From the NCBI GenBank assembly GCA_051294375.1, contig CM119271.1, forward strand, positions 5,755,991 to 5,819,990: 64,000 bases of DNA, written 5' to 3'. Positions 27,180-40,545 of this stretch are shown here, piece by piece. Every line of letters starts with the position of its first letter. Positions within the stretch are counted from its first letter, which is position 1. The notes beneath the pieces are model-generated. The model worked only from the letters and a program-made list of their open reading frames with translations, made no database searches and was not told where the DNA came from. The stretch comes from Paraspadella gotoi. Lineage: Eukaryota; Animalia; Chaetognatha. The position numbers and the translations under genes are program-made.

Positions 27180-27469
27180 CAAAAGATTCTGAAATGGTTA
27201 AAATTCATAGGACTGGTATACAGGGTATACGGGCCCATACGTCAATACTACATCCGCTTGCATTCTCTTGCGTACGACTACATTGAATACATTTTTTACT
27301 CTCTAAAAAAAAATAATCTTTTTGTCCTCAGAGCAAAGTTTTTCTATATTTTAATTAGGTGGAACATCGCGGGACTCGTTACCGAAATGGGCAAACACGT
27401 TTGGATACATTGAAGCGAAGAATGAGAAACCAGTTTGAATAGAAAAAAAAAAGAGAACGTGGAATGCGC

Positions 27470-27473
<4 letters not shown>

Positions 27474-27564
<91 letters not shown>
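27474..27564 (+). repeat. (AG)n microsatellite, representative of dozens in the window (e.g. 303-397, 9058-9132, 28613-28704, 29434-29527, 32524-32589, 33232-33437, 36568-36732)
   Basis: Direct reading; these are the source of the RE/SL-repeat ORFs. Confidence 0.97.
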
Positions 27565-27566
<2 letters not shown>

Positions 27567-28608
27567 GGGGGATGATTAATATCGAAAAAACGCTACCATT
27601 ACGCATCTTCAATGAGCAATTACGAGCCAAATTAGCTTCGAGCCTCGACGCTCCGAACAAAACGCCCGTCCAATGTTTTCCCCTTTTATCGGCAGAGAAA
27701 AAATTCCGAAAGCGTAGCGTATGTCACATCATAAAGTTTATTACGTACAAAGATCCAGACTTTAGAACCTAAATCTCATATTTACATAAAATCGAAAAAA
27801 AATGTATTTGTAATAATGTTAACAAAGAAGCAATCTTGCAATTTTCTTCTTGAAAGCTTGCAGGGTTCTGATATGTTATCTTGTAAGTGTTATGGAGGCC
27901 TTAAACCATCATAGCTTATATAATAAATAAATGTATAATCTTTTTATTGGTTGTAATAATTTCATATAAAAATAACTTTCGGTCTATCGCTCCGATTCGA
28001 CTGTTCTAATTCCATGATCCTCAGATGGAATCTATTGAATTGAATTGAATTGAAAATTGAATTGAATTGAATTGAAACTCTTGTTTCTACTTACAGGACA
28101 AATTTATTGTCCCGAAGTGTAATTTAAAAATTTTTAGAAGGAGGATTAAATTTATGAAGGTTTATGCGAGCTTGATTATTAAATTATGTCGTAATAAATT
28201 TTCAGTTCCCTTCGCAGACTCCAAATTTTCGAGCCCCGATCCCCACTGTCAGCCTCGAGTCCTAACTACTCAGTCCCAAGTCTCTATTCCCTGTTCCAAG
28301 TCAAACTCCGGATTACCAAGACCAAAGACCCCAGGTTCGCGTCCCGATCACCGAGTCCCAATCCCAGGTCCATGTTCCAATTCTCTTTCCTTCCGTGTCT
28401 CAGTCCCCCTCCCCAATCCCCAGTCCGTACTCCGCATCGTCCCACTCAGTCCCCAGTCCTCCATTCCACCGCATTCTTTTTTTCTTTCAATCCTTCGGCT
28501 AAAAAAAAAAAATTCCTCTGGATCGAAAAATCTCGAATTCCTGTGTCTCTTGAATCTTGATCAACGAGCTTTTTCTCGCTTTTCCAAAAGAGGATGCGCT
28601 TCCGGACG

Positions 28609-28707
<99 letters not shown>

Positions 28708-28708
28708 A

Positions 28709-28795
28709 CTAACTCGTTGATCGCTTGGATGCATTTCTCGTATTTCGATCCTTTAATCCGCGATAAGTTTTGGGAAAGAAGTCGACCTCTTTATA

Positions 28796-28828
<33 letters not shown>

Positions 28829-29129
28829 CTCGTCGTCTCCATTACGGTCGTCGTCGTCACATTCGTAACCGTAGTCGACGTCCTCACAGTCTTCCTCCCA
28901 TTTGTTACAGTTCGTCATTGTCATCATCATCGCTATCATAGTCGTCTAAGTCGTCAGTATATTTGTCGTTATCACGGTCGTCATCGTGACAATATTCACC
29001 GTTTTTTTTATCCCAAGTCGTCGTTGTGGACATGGTCGACATGGTCGACATGGTTATCACAGTCTTCACTTTGGTCCTCATCGATCCTTTTCATCTCCAA
29101 CGCCGTGGAAAAAAAAAGCGACGCTTTCT
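28709..29129 (-). CDS. Asp-rich exon, probably a continuation or alternative exon of the 29234-31827 gene
   Basis: Pyrimidine tract and AG at 29131-29130. Reads ..IDEDQSEDCDNHVDH..DDLDDYDSDDDD..YGYECDDDDRNGDDEDDDD..YKEVDFFPK across small frameshifts, with varied GAY codons beyond the pure (GAC)n core. Confidence 0.5.
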
Positions 29130-29185
29130 CTGATCATCGGAAAGAGAAGGAAAGGTGACATGGTCATTGAAAATGCTCAATGTAC

Positions 29186-29224
29186 ATTGTATATTGTATT
29201 GTATTGTATTGTATTGTATATTGT
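29186..29224 (+). repeat. (ATTGT)n pentanucleotide microsatellite
   Basis: Direct reading. Confidence 0.85.
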
Positions 29225-29233
29225 ACAAGGCTG

Positions 29234-29440
29234 TCACGGCTGCCTCCTGCAAAAGACGCAAGCTTTCAAATGTTGACGACAACGACGACAGCAAAGGATG
29301 ATCTGCGATACAAGAACTAAGTATGTATGAAAGCAGTAAAGTGCCCACGACGAAGAAGCCCACGGCGATTCCCATCTAATGTTCTCGCGCTCAATGAATT
29401 TCACGTCAGAAAATGAGTGAGAAATGAGAACAAGTCTCTC

Positions 29441-29530
<90 letters not shown>

Positions 29531-31827
29531 GCAAAATTAAAAACGGAATAACAACCAACGACAGACGACGACGACAGTCAACGTTAACCATCGTTCATTC
29601 GTTCACTGGTCAATTTTTTTCGTTCACAACTCACCGAATTCCTCGCCAATGAACGAAACGACTTTGATGTTTTTGGCGGCGAATGAATCTCGATTCTTTT
29701 TCCCGCGAGTTTGAAGGACTCCGTGAATGACGGGCGGCGCGGTCTCCGCCGCGGAGGCGCCCTCCTTTGACTCCTTCAGCGTCTCTCTCACCTCCGAAGC
29801 GGCTGTGGCGACGGAGGCGTCGTCAGGGAGATTGGCGGCGTCGACAGGAAGATTTCCGGCGCCATTGAATTTCTTTTCACCTTTCGCGGCGTCTCTGTTT
29901 ATCGCCCGGCGTCTTTGAACGCCGCAGCTGATTTCCTCGGCCAGCGTCGTCGGCGAAATGCGCGCCGGCGACATTCTGGACGGCGATGTTTTGGGCGGCG
30001 GGGGTGGCGGCGGTGGAAGTGGTGGTGGTGGCGCCGTTGGGGTTGGGGGTTGCGACGGTCGATGGGTAGGAGTGAATCTGGAGGCGCCACTGAAGAGGAA
30101 AGAGTCGAAAAGGTTTTTTATGAATTAGTGATACAGTCTCAATCGAAATACTGGTGGTTTATTGTAACTCTCAAGTCTCATTTTGAGCCCCAAAAAATTT
30201 ACCAAGCATAAATACCCGATAAAATCATAAGCATACTCTCATTGAAAGAGGCATTATTTCGTGGCTACAAATAATTACAATGTTAAAATTATCATTCGGT
30301 CCTCAATCGGAGACGTTCAAAGAAAAGTGGATCAGTAGACGCCCAGACTCACATGGGTTCCACGACGGGTGGACCCTCCATTTCCGGGATGGAATTGCAT
30401 CTTGGGTCGTTGTCTTCCAGCTCTCTCCAGGTCGGGGCTGAAGGGCGTGAAAAAGGTGAGGTTATTATTAGGAGGTGATGTCATTTCGAAACTCCTTTCC
30501 ATCACCAAAGTCGGTGAAACGTAAAAAACGACGTCGACGAAACTTTAAATAAAAACGACATTTAGGAAACTGTTACTTTTATTCAGTTTCTTTAGCTTAA
30601 CACGTAGAGTATTAATATTAATATAATGCAAAAGTAGTTGTCTTTTTAATTTTATTATCTTTTAAATGTCGATTTTTAATTTCATGCCATGTAGAATAGT
30701 TTAATACGCCATCTATCATTTGTTAAATCACGTGGGATAAAAGTTAAGATAGTGTAAAATCTTTGCACTCCAAATGCGTACTATATTATTTGCGTCATTC
30801 AAAGCGTCCAAAAAGAGAGAAAAACGATACGAATTTGAAAGAACCGAAATACCGCAACAAAAAAAAAGTTTCTTCGACCAAGCTCGCGGGATGAAAACGA
30901 GTTAAAATTATTGAAAAGTCAATTCGCTCTCACGATTGATTTCACTGCTTGGTCGAGAAACTCACGATGCTTGCAAAAGGGTGAGTTACTTTCGTGTTTT
31001 TCTTCTTCTTCTTCTTCCTGTGAAGTGAGTGAACCTTTGGACTTTTTTCTTTTGAGAGAATTTCTGAGAAATTTCGTCCAGGATTTGATGGAACTCATGT
31101 TGGAAGTTGACGGACTCTTGGACGAGGATGTAATGATTAAATTGCGTTGCATCGATAAATATTGATCAAAATCTTTGAATATTGCGGCTGTAAATGGCTA
31201 CTGTTTTTTTTTTTAATATTAACAATTTCATTAAGTATTTTACGAGAAAAAATTGTTTATTTTTTCATCGAAAAGCAATTTTGATTACGTGGGTGCAAAA
31301 ATTGTTTATATATTTCGTTGCGAAATGGTAATTTAGTGAATTCCAGAATCTAAAATGATACGATCGTTGCCCGATATCAATGTGGATACTACATGTACAT
31401 CGAACACAAACTAAATATTTATGTTTAACTAGTCTACCCTTAAGTGTAGTAAGAAATAAGGAAGGGGAGAGGGAGAGATAGACACACAGCCTGACAAAGA
31501 CAGACAGAGATAGAGACAGACACTGATAGAGATATAGAGCCACTCACAAGAGGAATCCGAGACGAGAGAAGAAATTCCAGAGTCCGCGAAAAAGACGACG
31601 CTCTTCTTGAGTTTGGTTCGGGCGGCGGGGCGGGAACCCGGCGTCGTCGGCGTTGAAGGCTTCGTCGTCAGCGGCGACGCGGACAATTGACGCGGCGAGG
31701 GCGTCGATGGCGGTGGAGACGGAGAGGCGCTGCCGTGACGAAGCGGTGAGGCGCGGGAGGCGGCCAGACGACGAGCTGGAGATGAGAAGGTCGGGGACGG
31801 ACGCGGTGGCGGAGAATTGGACGCCAT
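29234..31827 (-). CDS. Uncharacterised multi-exon Ser/Pro-rich protein with two RVxF-like motifs
   Basis: Exons at 31827-31548, 31187-30966, 30542-30353, 30089-29635 and 29406-29234. The first four have GTGAGT donors and compatible phases (..VSDSS|SAIFKDFDQYLSMQ..; ..PPVVEP|IGASRFTP..PPPPLPPPPPPPPK..). The last exon and its acceptor are uncertain. No family recognised. Confidence 0.65.
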
Positions 31828-32519
31828 CAAATGCGTTTTTGGTGGAGCGATGATTGTTTTCTGTCAGCTATTTATAGTGGTATTTGTTTATTTCTTTTTT
31901 TAAGCAATGATTTAAGGTTTTTCTTCATTTGCACTTGTGCTCGTATCCCTACACTGTTCTGAAAATTGCTGAAAGGCTGAAAACAAAATACGCTATGAAA
32001 ATATCAATGAGTTTTATTTATTAAAAAAAAAATAAAATAAAATGTAAACAAAAACGAAGAGACGAAACAATCCGAGACCGAAAAAGTATTTTTTTTCCCA
32101 AAATAAAATACTTAAGCTAACATAATCTCCCTTTAATGTTCGTGGGATCAGCATTTTTTTTTCTTTTGAATTTATTCTGTTCCAAAGTTTTGAAAATAAA
32201 AAATGCAATAAACGTAGGTATTATCGCAACTTATTGACTTAAATGACTTTGGTCAATCACAAAACATGTAGATCTTACAATTCAATAAATAGCAATCTAA
32301 TGATAAAATATGACGAGATCGTTTTATTGTGATCGATTTGTGTATAATAATCGATTAACGTTGATGATGATAATGATGATGATGATAATTATATTGGTGA
32401 TTATCATTATGTTGATAATGATAGCTTAATTTGAAAGCGTTTATGTTGAAAGTCATAAATTTAAAAAACGCTCTATTTTAAAAATGAAAGCCAAGTAATA
32501 TGACCTTAGAAGGGGGGGA

Positions 32520-32592
<73 letters not shown>

Positions 32593-32898
32593 TAGGAGGC
32601 CGCGCCCATGCCAGGTTTTTGAGTAATCGATGAACTGAGAAAAAATTTAAAGAAATATTGAGCAACGAAATCTCTATGACTCACCGCATTGAATCCTCAA
32701 CCTTTTCGACGTCTATATTCATCCTTTAAAAGAAAAGAGAAGCTCTGTAATTAATTTATTAATTAGTATTAGACCGCATGGCAGTTAGCGGACAGGGCGA
32801 GAGAAAGACTTGGAATATGGCACGGGAGAGAGAGAGAGAGAAGAGGGAGGGAGGGAGGGAGGGAGGAGGAAGAGAGAGTGAAGAAAGAGGGAGGGAGG

Positions 32899-32971
<73 letters not shown>

Positions 32972-33240
32972 AGGACTTTGGGCAGTGTGTAGAGTCTCAG
33001 CTTTTCTCCGCAAGAATTACGACTTAAGAAGCGACGATAATTAAAAAAAAATAAAAAAAAAATAAAAAAAAATAAAAAAATACGGTCAGCAAAAGTTGTT
33101 AGCAGTCGACGTTTCTTTTTCGCAGAAAAGAGACACTTGTCCATTTTCGACGACAGAAGGCCGAAAAAGGGAGAGAGACTGAGACAGATACAAAATAAAA
33201 TCGAGAGCAAGTTGACGACATAAAAACTGTGGGGAGAGAG

Positions 33241-33297
<57 letters not shown>

Positions 33298-33367
33298 GAG
33301 AGAGAGGAAGAGAGAGAACTGAGCTGGGCGATTATCTTCGAAGCAATGCGGAGATGAGAGAGAGAGT

Positions 33368-33427
<60 letters not shown>

Positions 33428-35997
33428 AGAGAAGAGAAGCAAGTCAAGAGACTGAAGTTGAAATCAGTTGTCGCGAATTGTTTTAAATTTCTTCTTTCCG
33501 AGCGACGACGCCAAAGATTGGCGTGTTTGAATGGGGAAACCCTGTCTCCTTCTTGGTGGCCGGAGGTCGTAATAGTTTTCGTGGTCGAGGAACAGAAGAT
33601 GAAGATTTTAAGAAGAGATCTGGGGCGAATTTTTTTAAGAAATCTCGGACGAAGTCGGTCGCGCCCGAATCCAACGTTCGCGTTGCATTGGAACGCCGGT
33701 AGCGTTTCTTTCGCCTGCGGTTTTTTTTTTTTCTATTTTCAGAAATCGTACGAGAAGAGGATCATTGGCTGATAACTGATAGTGACGTTGACGACGGCGT
33801 CACGCGACTGATTAGGCCATGAAGACTTTAGACTTTCTCGAGTTCGATCCCGCAGTCGCAGCTTTCCGACCTGAAAATTTGGGTTAAATGTCCGCTTTCG
33901 GCGAGAATTTTATTGATCATCGAATTACGAAACGCAAGAAAACGTGTTCGATTGTTCATGGTCTTGACATAGGTCTCGTTTGAAAAAATGGGCGATGCTT
34001 GTATAGTCGAATTCGAAACGGGATTAAGCTAAATTGATTGCAGGACGACGGATAAAAAGGTTCGGTTTTCTAATATTTACTAAAGTTTTACTCAAAGCGG
34101 AGGCGGACGAGTTTTAGAGCGGCCCTCGCCCCGTTTTTTTTTTTTTTTTTTCCCTCTTTTTTTCCTAAATCGCGCAGATACGGGCGGGAACGACGTAAAC
34201 GACACACACCGGCACCAGTAGTCGGACAGTATGGACGTCTAATCAGCTTGAACTTTGTGATTGGTGTTCGTGAGAATTTTCTAGTTCGGCGGATGGACAG
34301 TAGGGTGGAGCGATAAAAATATCGAGAGATGTAAAATTTTTTTTTTGCTTGAATATTGTGTAAATATTAAAATTCAAGCCTTTAATAAATGGCTTGCTCA
34401 AAGAGTTTTTAAAAAAAAATAAGAAGATGTTTAAACGAAATATTTACAACATGTAATACGGCAAATTCATTTTCAGAGAAAAACGACAATAACAAAAAAA
34501 AGGAAAAAGAAAAAAAAAAATAGCAAAATGAATTAAAGAGAATAGGTCAGTTATTGACTATGTTATCATTAAATATCCCCTTCCCTGTCGCCATCTTCTT
34601 CGGTGATAGGGTTTGAAATATTATGGCTTTATCTTTGTCCAAATAAAATCTTTTTAATATACTTTATATTTCTCTGGGTATCTTACAAATTCATAGTATA
34701 TAAGAATTTAATAAAGTTTGTTTTATTATATATAAAAGTAAAAAAGATTTATTTTTTTTATATAATAATTTTATTTTATTTAATGGGACAATGTTTATTT
34801 AAATTTTTTATCTTTGATACCTATCAAAAAAATAAAGAATTAATCTATTAATTAATAAGTAGATTCAGAAAATATAGTTTTAATCTATAATCAACTTGTG
34901 CTCTTATATTAAAAGGGTGAATTTAGTTTTGAAAAAAGCTAAAAAACCCGGTATATATATATTATTAATATTATTTTATATTTTTTTAATCTCTCATTTA
35001 ACTTTTTATGTGTAAATCTGAATTTTTTTTAAATTTTTTAAAAATTGTTTAAAAATTATTTTTAAAATTTAACAATATTATAAACATATTACTTATTACA
35101 AAATATATTATAATTCTGTTTCTTGGAGTATAATATTTTTTTTTACTTAATAATTAATTAATTATAAGTATGATTATCATTGTGATATATCTTCAAATAA
35201 ATTTGTTGTTCCCGATAGCTCCACTCTAATGTACAGGCGCCAGGTGGGCGTGAAAAATGTAAACAGTGAAACCTTCGGGGAAAATAAAATCCGACGAAAC
35301 GACTGTTAGGAATTGTAAAATTTTATTCAGCTTGAAACAGAAATTTTAAGAAGTGAAATTGATCGTGAATGAAAACCATATAAATTAATATCGAATAAAC
35401 TCAGAAAGTCAGAAACTGAAAACGAGGGAGGGCCAAAATCCGAGCCCAAAACAGCGAAAACAGATAAAATTCAAAAACAAGTTGTTTCACTTTCCGAGGA
35501 AATGATCGTAATACGTAGAGCGGTCCTGTTATGTTAAGAGAGAGAACTTGACGACGCGCGTCGAGACGACGATGACGAACGAGACACGAACGAGAAGACG
35601 AGAAGTCTCTAATCGCAATTAGACGAAATTGTCGTGGAAAAAAAGTGTTTCGTGAAGAGTGAGACGGGGGATACAAAAATAAAACAGAACTTCCGACAAC
35701 GTCTGTTTCTTTTTTTTTTTCTACCATAGATTAGCTATCGAATGACAGTGACAGCGGTGAAAATGATAATGAGAGAACTCATGTCACTGAGACAAAAGTA
35801 AGAATTCTTAATCTTAAATATGAAAAAAGTCAAACTCGAACTCTAAAACCTAAATATCAACCTACTTACTTTCATTCTTTCCTTTTAGTTTTTTTCTTTC
35901 TTTCTTTATCTTTTCTTTCTGTCTCTTTCTTTCTTTCTTTCTTCTTCTTTCATATCTCTTCTCTTTTCGTCTCACATTCCTGTCTCCACTCACCCCC

Positions 35998-36345
35998 TCA
36001 GCTTTCTCTCTCCCCCTTACTTTCCCCTTCTCTTTCACCCACAGCGCGCGCAAGAAAATCCTCGCCCAAGTGTCCATACGTCAAAAGCAAAGAATAAACG
36101 CGCCCCGATGAAAAAAAAAACAAAACCGCGGATTGACGTGAAAATGCCGAGAAGGACGCCAAGTGCCGATAAAATGAGGCGAAGGGCGTCATTTGCCCCA
36201 TCAATGTCAAATTGATTTTTTTTTTGCTTCCTTCCCACGGATCAAAGAATATGGCGTTCTCTGCGATGGTTGTCCACGTCAGTTTCGTCATGGCGTCGTC
36301 GTTTCGTCGGCAGATTCCGCATAGTGCAGAAGTCACTTTTGGTTT
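35998..36345 (-). CDS. Possible exon of an unidentified membrane protein
   Basis: GC-rich island. Overlapping ORFs join across homopolymer runs to ..AENAIFFDPWEG..DALRLILSALGVLLGIFTSIRGFVFFFIGARLFFAFDVW.., which is hydrophobic. Possible donor TGG|GTGAAA. Confidence 0.25.
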   Translation of the reverse strand, partial: KPKVTSALCGICRRNDDAMTKLTWTTIAENAIFFDPWEGSKKKINLTLMGQMTPFASFYRHLASFSAFSRQSAVLFFFSSGRVYSLLLTYGHLGEDFLARAVGEREGESKGERES

Positions 36346-36567
36346 TTACAGGAAAAGACAGTGAGACAGGTGAAGACAGAGAGCGAGAAGAGGAGAAGCG
36401 AGAGAGAGCGAGAGAGACGAGAACTTGAGACCAAAAATAACAATATCCGACGCAGTATAAACAATGGATGAACGACGTTGCGATCTCGTTGTGACGGAAT
36501 GCTTCTTTTGCGTGAAAATGGGGACGCGCGTCGCGGGAGCACGTGAATAAAAAAAAATGACCGCGCG

Positions 36568-36645
<78 letters not shown>

Positions 36646-36652
36646 AGAGAGA

Positions 36653-36688
<36 letters not shown>

Positions 36689-36690
36689 GA

Positions 36691-36723
<33 letters not shown>

Positions 36724-39700
36724 GGAGAGAGAGGTTTCTTGGCGCTATACCAAGTAAAATCGCGTCAGGTATCATCGTCGTCGTCGCCGTCGTCGTCTCT
36801 ATCGTCGTTTCCTAGTCGCAGGAGGTCGCGCGTTTCTTGGCCCACAACTTACTCGCGTACGAAACTTGATTTAAACTTATGAATTAAAAATAATCATCTA
36901 AGAAAAAATAAATAATTGTTATTATAAATTATTTTTTAAAAAAAACGGCCGAAAAAAAACCTTATTATTGTTAGACAATAGAGAAATGACTTGGAGCGCG
37001 TGAATTAATCTATTCGTCGATTATTGGCAACGGCATAAATTACTGAGTCAATAAGGGATTTTTTTGGCGAACTGGATTGCAATTTACTGTAAATACAAAT
37101 GTACAAATGAGCGATTTAGCTGCAGTGTTACGATTGCCGTTAAGTATGAAGTTAGTAGCAAATAGGTAAAAAAAACTAAAATTCATTATAATTAGTTAAT
37201 TAAAATAAAGTTATAACGCGATGGTTTTTTCCCTAAAAAGATTTTGAAACGAAAAAAAATGCTTTGGCGTGATAGAGGATAGTGCTTGTCGTCGTCATAC
37301 TAAAATTTAGGAGAAAGATTTATTTTCCTGAAATTTGTAAAAATATTTTTATTTTTTTTGCTCCGGACTGAGAGGAAGGAAGATAAAAAATTCCAGCATT
37401 CCCTTAACCGACCCATCTTCTTGATCTTACATTCTCATTCTGCAGCCTGAAGGTATACGAGAGTAAAAAAATATAAAATTCTTTCGTAAAGAACACGTAA
37501 AAAACGTACAAAAATAAAAAAACGAGTATCAATTCACAGTAACATGGAATTCCCTGGTTACCTTTTCCAATACGCGCTCCCCTCTCTCGTCTCTCTCTCG
37601 CCTGCCCCGTGACGCAATAATGACGTCGTTCACACCGAGAGACGTAAAAAAACAATGGAGGCCTTTACGCAGGTCCAGAATGGAATCGTTGCAATGATTT
37701 GTCGTTTCGCCGAAGGAACGAATCGTGTTTCACAAAGATCTACTCCCACGTGCTTGATACAAAATTTCCATTGTAGTAGGGGTAGCCCCACTTAATGGGT
37801 GAGTCAAAAATTTAGTGCAAGTACAATGCTCAAAAGAAAAATTTCTACTTTTTAAGTATAACTTTCAATATTTATTATATATAATTATATAGTGAAAGGC
37901 TAAAACTTTTTTTGAGAATTTTAAAGCCAGATTTGCGATAGCCCATAAAAATTTGTCTACACAAGTATAATTTTTAAAAAAAAATATGGTTCAAAATAAT
38001 TATCATCAATGATGATGATAATAATCATTTTTAATCTGTTTTTTTTTTTTTTACATTTTTCTAAGAAAACGTAAAAATTTTTAAAAGCCTGCAATTATAT
38101 TTTTTGTTGAACTTTTTAAGCTCTATTTAATTTTTTTTTTTAAATTTACCTAAGAGAAAATTCAAGTTTTTTTATTGAATTGGTGCAACGAATTTTATTT
38201 GTTCAGATACATGGCATGTTTTAGGCTTGTAATGTTCAAGCCTTCATCAGCGTCTATTACATTTCAAAAACAAAATTCGTTTGCACAATCAATAAAAACT
38301 TTGATTTCTCTTAACTCATTAACACATTAAAAGTTACCTATATAGTCATATAATAATTTTAATTAAGCTAGTACCAGCTAGTATCAGAAAGAAAGCTTTT
38401 TTGAAAAAAAAAAATTGTAACACTATAATATATGATCGGTGATAGATTGTTTTAATGCGTATACATTAGAATTTGCAGAAAAAATTAATTTTCTTTCCCG
38501 ACTCTCTGAAACCAAGCGATTGTTTTTCCACTGTCTGTCTCTGTCTGTGACCGAGATTCCGAATCGACGTCAGACGCGTCGTACAGAACCTGATTTCGGT
38601 TTCCCTCATAATGAATTGGGTTGATTGATTAATGCTCCATCTGGGTTGAGCTAGAGAGAACAGAAGCGGAGAGAGAAAGAGAGAAGGATAATTCTGATGT
38701 CGGAAATTGAGTTGAAGATGGTGTTTCAGAAGAGAGCGGAATTGGTATATATAGAGGCATGGTTGGGCAAAAGGTTTTTAGATAAAATGATTTATCGTAG
38801 ATTCAAAAAACGCGCTGCGGTAAAAAAAAACAAAAAAACATTAAAATGATTTCATTTACTTAACATAGCGAACTATCGAGTCTTTTAAACCTATAAAAAT
38901 AAAATAACCAAGGCCAAGGAAATACTCGATACGAGGACGACTCGGCGAAAATCGAGCCCTCGCTCCATTCATTCTCAACGTGACAACTGATTCTCACACT
39001 GACCCATGTCGGTCTCGCCTTTTTTCTTTCAAAGCCCTCCTTTTTCTTTTGGAACGTATTATCCGAACGGGCTTCAATTAGTCATTGTTCTCACTTCTCA
39101 CATCGCAAGGACGAATCACCGTTTTCTATTTCATTGGTCACAATATCTGTAATTCCGCGTACCCGATTTTATTAAAAAATATTTTAATGAAATCATTTTT
39201 GGAAAAAACAGATGAACGCAAAACGTGAATTTTTTTTTGGAGAACTTATTTATTAAATTTTAATTTATTAAATTTAAATTTTTTGCCATATTTACGAAGA
39301 AAAAAATAATTTTAATGAAAAACTTTCGTTAATGATTGAAATTAAAAAGGAGAAGTTGTCCCAGTTAAGCATAAAATTTAATTTGTTGTATCAAATGTTA
39401 ATATTTTTTAATAATAACCTTTTAACATCCAGCGACGCTGCCCAAACATTTTGCTATTTTCTTAAATTACCAGAGTTGTGAAACTAATTTGCAAATAGGT
39501 AATTTGTTGGCTTATCGCCATGCCTAACAAAAATTTCTCCCCGTATTTTTTGACCGGTTGTCTCAGTAACCATAGAAATAATACTGAACGAAAAACTAGT
39601 TTCCGTTTCGGTGTTCTTAAATCAGATTCTAAAAAATGCAAGTAGAATGAACATTCCAAAATAAACCTAAACTAAAACAAAAAGTCAAGCAAACCACAAC

Positions 39701-40545
39701 TCCCAATAATTGGATTAAATGCTAGTATTGCAAGAATGAAAATAATGAATGGGATGACACGGCAAAGCAATATAACTGTGTGGAACGCCGAACGCTCAAA
39801 AATTCACATGCGCGTGTAAACTCAAGAAATTCAAAGCACTGAATAGACCTAATTAAATTCTTAAACCAACATTCCAGTTTTCGTTTTTTTTTTATAGTCA
39901 TGTTCTTCAAATCCGCTAGAAACCAAAACATTCCCGGCGAAACAAATCCGGAATAAGGACTACTGAGTAATCTGATAAACATCCAACGGATATTGGGGCT
40001 CGGCGCGAAATCGCCCCACAAGGGTCGTAGTGTAACGGATACGATGCGAGAGATCATGAAAAGGAACTTCGCTCTCCGCCGCTTTTCTTTCGGGCCGTTT
40101 CTCTCTCCCTCTTTCTCATTCTAACCAAAACCGACGATTGGACGATGCAAAACCAATATCTCACTCCATATCCGCACTCTGCTTTTCTCATCATCAATAG
40201 AGAGAGCCGAGAACAGAGAACGTTATAATCGTTCTTTCTTTCGTCTTCGTGTTTGGTCATCGAAGCAGCGAAGCCCTATAATAAAAAAAATAAAACGGTC
40301 CAATACGGACCCAGGGTTTCCTTTTTTTTCTCTCTACCCGAGAGTTTAAAAAAAAAAAATCAATGCGTTACGAAAACCAAAAATGAAAATAAAAACCGAA
40401 TGAGAAAAAAATTGAAAAATATTAATTGTAAAAGAAAAAAATTTCCTCCAACAAACATTAATAAAGTCTACAGTTCCGCGACCCTCAAAACAAAAAAACT
40501 TACAAAAATTCAATTAAATATTAAACAATTTTTCTTCTCTCCGCG

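Larger units (their letters stand above)
19183..28400 (+). repeat. 9-kb block, copy 3 (indel-divergent; runs on into downstream sequence)
   Basis: Colinear with about 1447-9966. Contains an internal ~680 bp re-start at about 20743 and a 25-N gap at 21669-21693. Confidence 0.95.

Noticed and set aside
810-28400. A real tandem gene array or giant 9-kb satellite or transposon
   Set aside because: Copies abut fixed 25-N gaps, have no terminal repeats or transposase/RT ORF, and differ either not at all or mostly by indels.
34582-34611. GC-rich hairpin ccctgtcgcc/ggtgataggg as a Helitron end or terminator
   Set aside because: No CTRR terminus follows at the expected spacing, and intrinsic terminators are not relevant in this eukaryotic context.
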